Assembly: GCA_900617105.1 (NCBI GenBank)
Contig: UYFQ01000659.1
Coordinates: 1 to 64,000, forward strand
Reading direction: 5' to 3'
Source: Hydrurus foetidus
Taxonomy: Eukaryota
DNA length: 64,000 nucleotides
Shown: piece after piece, positions 63,356 through 64,000 of the stretch
Layout: each line of letters begins with the position of its first letter
How positions within the stretch are numbered: the first letter of the stretch is position 1
The notes under the pieces: model-generated
The model's database searches: none
What the model saw: only the letters and a program-made list of their open reading frames with translations
What the model was told of the DNA's origin: nothing
Made by a program: the position numbers and the translations under genes

Positions 63356-64000
63356 TTCTGGGAATCACATATCGTTTGTGTGATTTTGCTGCAATGGTCT
63401 GGGTCCAGCATAAAATCAAATCAAATCAGATCATCATAAAAACACGAGTATTGAAATACCAGATTAGCTTACTTGCTTTGGTATCAAATTAAATATAAAA
63501 GTACAACAGGACACTACAGTGATTCACTAAACCTCATATTTTAGCAGTGAAGAAGAATTCTTGTCGCCATGAAACGTTCTGCAGATCATTTTCAAAACTT
63601 ATTTTCCAAACAATGTGATTCTTTTGATTGTCACACTCATGATAACGTAAAAATCAGAATGGTTTTGCTAGTGTCTACTCATTCAAAAAACTCGACTGTT
63701 GAATCTGATGAATAATTATTGAGTGGTGTAGAGGCATGTGTGCTGATTCGTCAGTAATTGTTTCACGTTCCTAGCAATCTATAGAAATTGACAGGAACAA
63801 CAGAACAGAAGTGGAGCACCTTTATCACGAGATTGTCTGCTCTTAATCTTGTATTGGTTGTTGTCACAGCTGAGACCTCTCCATCATCACCGACAGCAAT
63901 AATGTACTGCCTCTGTCTGTGTTGAGGATGATATATGTATGCCAGACCTTTGACCTCTCCACGAAATAGCTTGTGCTTCTTATCGCTCAGCTGAGTGCTC
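50153..64000 (-). CDS. VPS11: Vacuolar protein sorting 11 (HOPS/CORVET core), many exons; 5' end lies beyond the window
   Basis: LYGDYLYDKADYEGSVTQYCCTIG...YVIRKFLDPQRIENLIMYL...GLASADHTFLL and the C-terminal EGFYNDLEHSKDGFATIAAYFGK match conserved Vps11 blocks. Confidence 0.92.
51950..52097. mobile_element. 148-bp TIR element with telomere-like core
   Basis: ggtgtactgaattaatagttcgatgtactgaat / attcagtgcatcaaactattaattcagtacagc. AAT on both flanks. Core of degenerate ccctaa/tcctaa units. Confidence 0.75.
52318..52476. mobile_element. Degenerate foldback/MITE-like element in a Vps11 intron
   Basis: ccggtcagaattaaa / tttaattttgaccgg and inner ttcgtgtttttgactg / cagtcaaaaacacgaa. TA-flanked. 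Confidence 0.65.
52690..52937. repeat. Intronic minisatellite, ~12 identical 21-bp units (agtacgacattcttgataaca)
   Basis: 11 full copies plus 17 nt, no spacers. Starts ~11 nt inside a Vps11 5' splice site (52948). Confidence 0.97.
53641..53882. mobile_element. 242-bp near-perfect palindrome, PIF/Harbinger-like MITE
   Basis: ggccg...gtcggatttcacgaaagtcggaatcggatttcaaggaaatttccgac... is mirrored almost base-for-base about ~53762. Flanks are TCA and TAA. Confidence 0.85.
57426..57529. repeat. Imperfect ~104-bp hairpin (probable MITE relic) in a Vps11 intron
   Basis: tcgattttcgtttttgtcaggtacagaacag / ctgttttgtaccctgacaaaaacaaaaatcga. Confidence 0.7.
58586..59370. repeat. ~780-bp degenerate (CACAA/TACAA/CATCA)n microsatellite in a Vps11 intron
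   Basis: Direct reading. Source of the spurious Cys/Val ORFs. Confidence 0.95.

Overview
AT-rich, intron-dense eukaryotic nuclear DNA, most likely from a photosynthetic stramenopile (chrysophyte-like). That assignment is an inference from four proteins with signal-peptide + F/Y/L transit leaders typical of complex red plastids. Splicing GT-AG exons by hand gives 11 genes: the 3' part of a TTC27/Emw1-like TPR protein, a plastid EF-hand-like protein, a hypothetical protein, a ~21-exon P2B Ca2+-ATPase, a PC-esterase/TBL-type O-acyltransferase, a ~2,300-aa PPR protein head-to-head with a plastid DEAD-box helicase, mitochondrial HslV, a lumen-targeted phosphoglycerate-mutase-like protein, a Pho88/Snd3-like membrane protein, and Vps11 (runs off the right end). 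Introns and intergenic DNA hold at least 13 short foldback/MITE-like elements from several families, four unrelated 21-bp minisatellites and long microsatellite tracts. The most notable points are a Vps11 that apparently lacks its RING-H2 domain, two foldback families sharing asymmetric TA|TCAC-N5-CAGAAT...GTAA|TA termini, a 20-bp perfect hairpin that supplies a gene's C-terminus and stop codon, and two lesions in the giant PPR gene. No rRNA, intact tRNA, CRISPR array or transposase was found. All exon models and family assignments are by eye, without searches.
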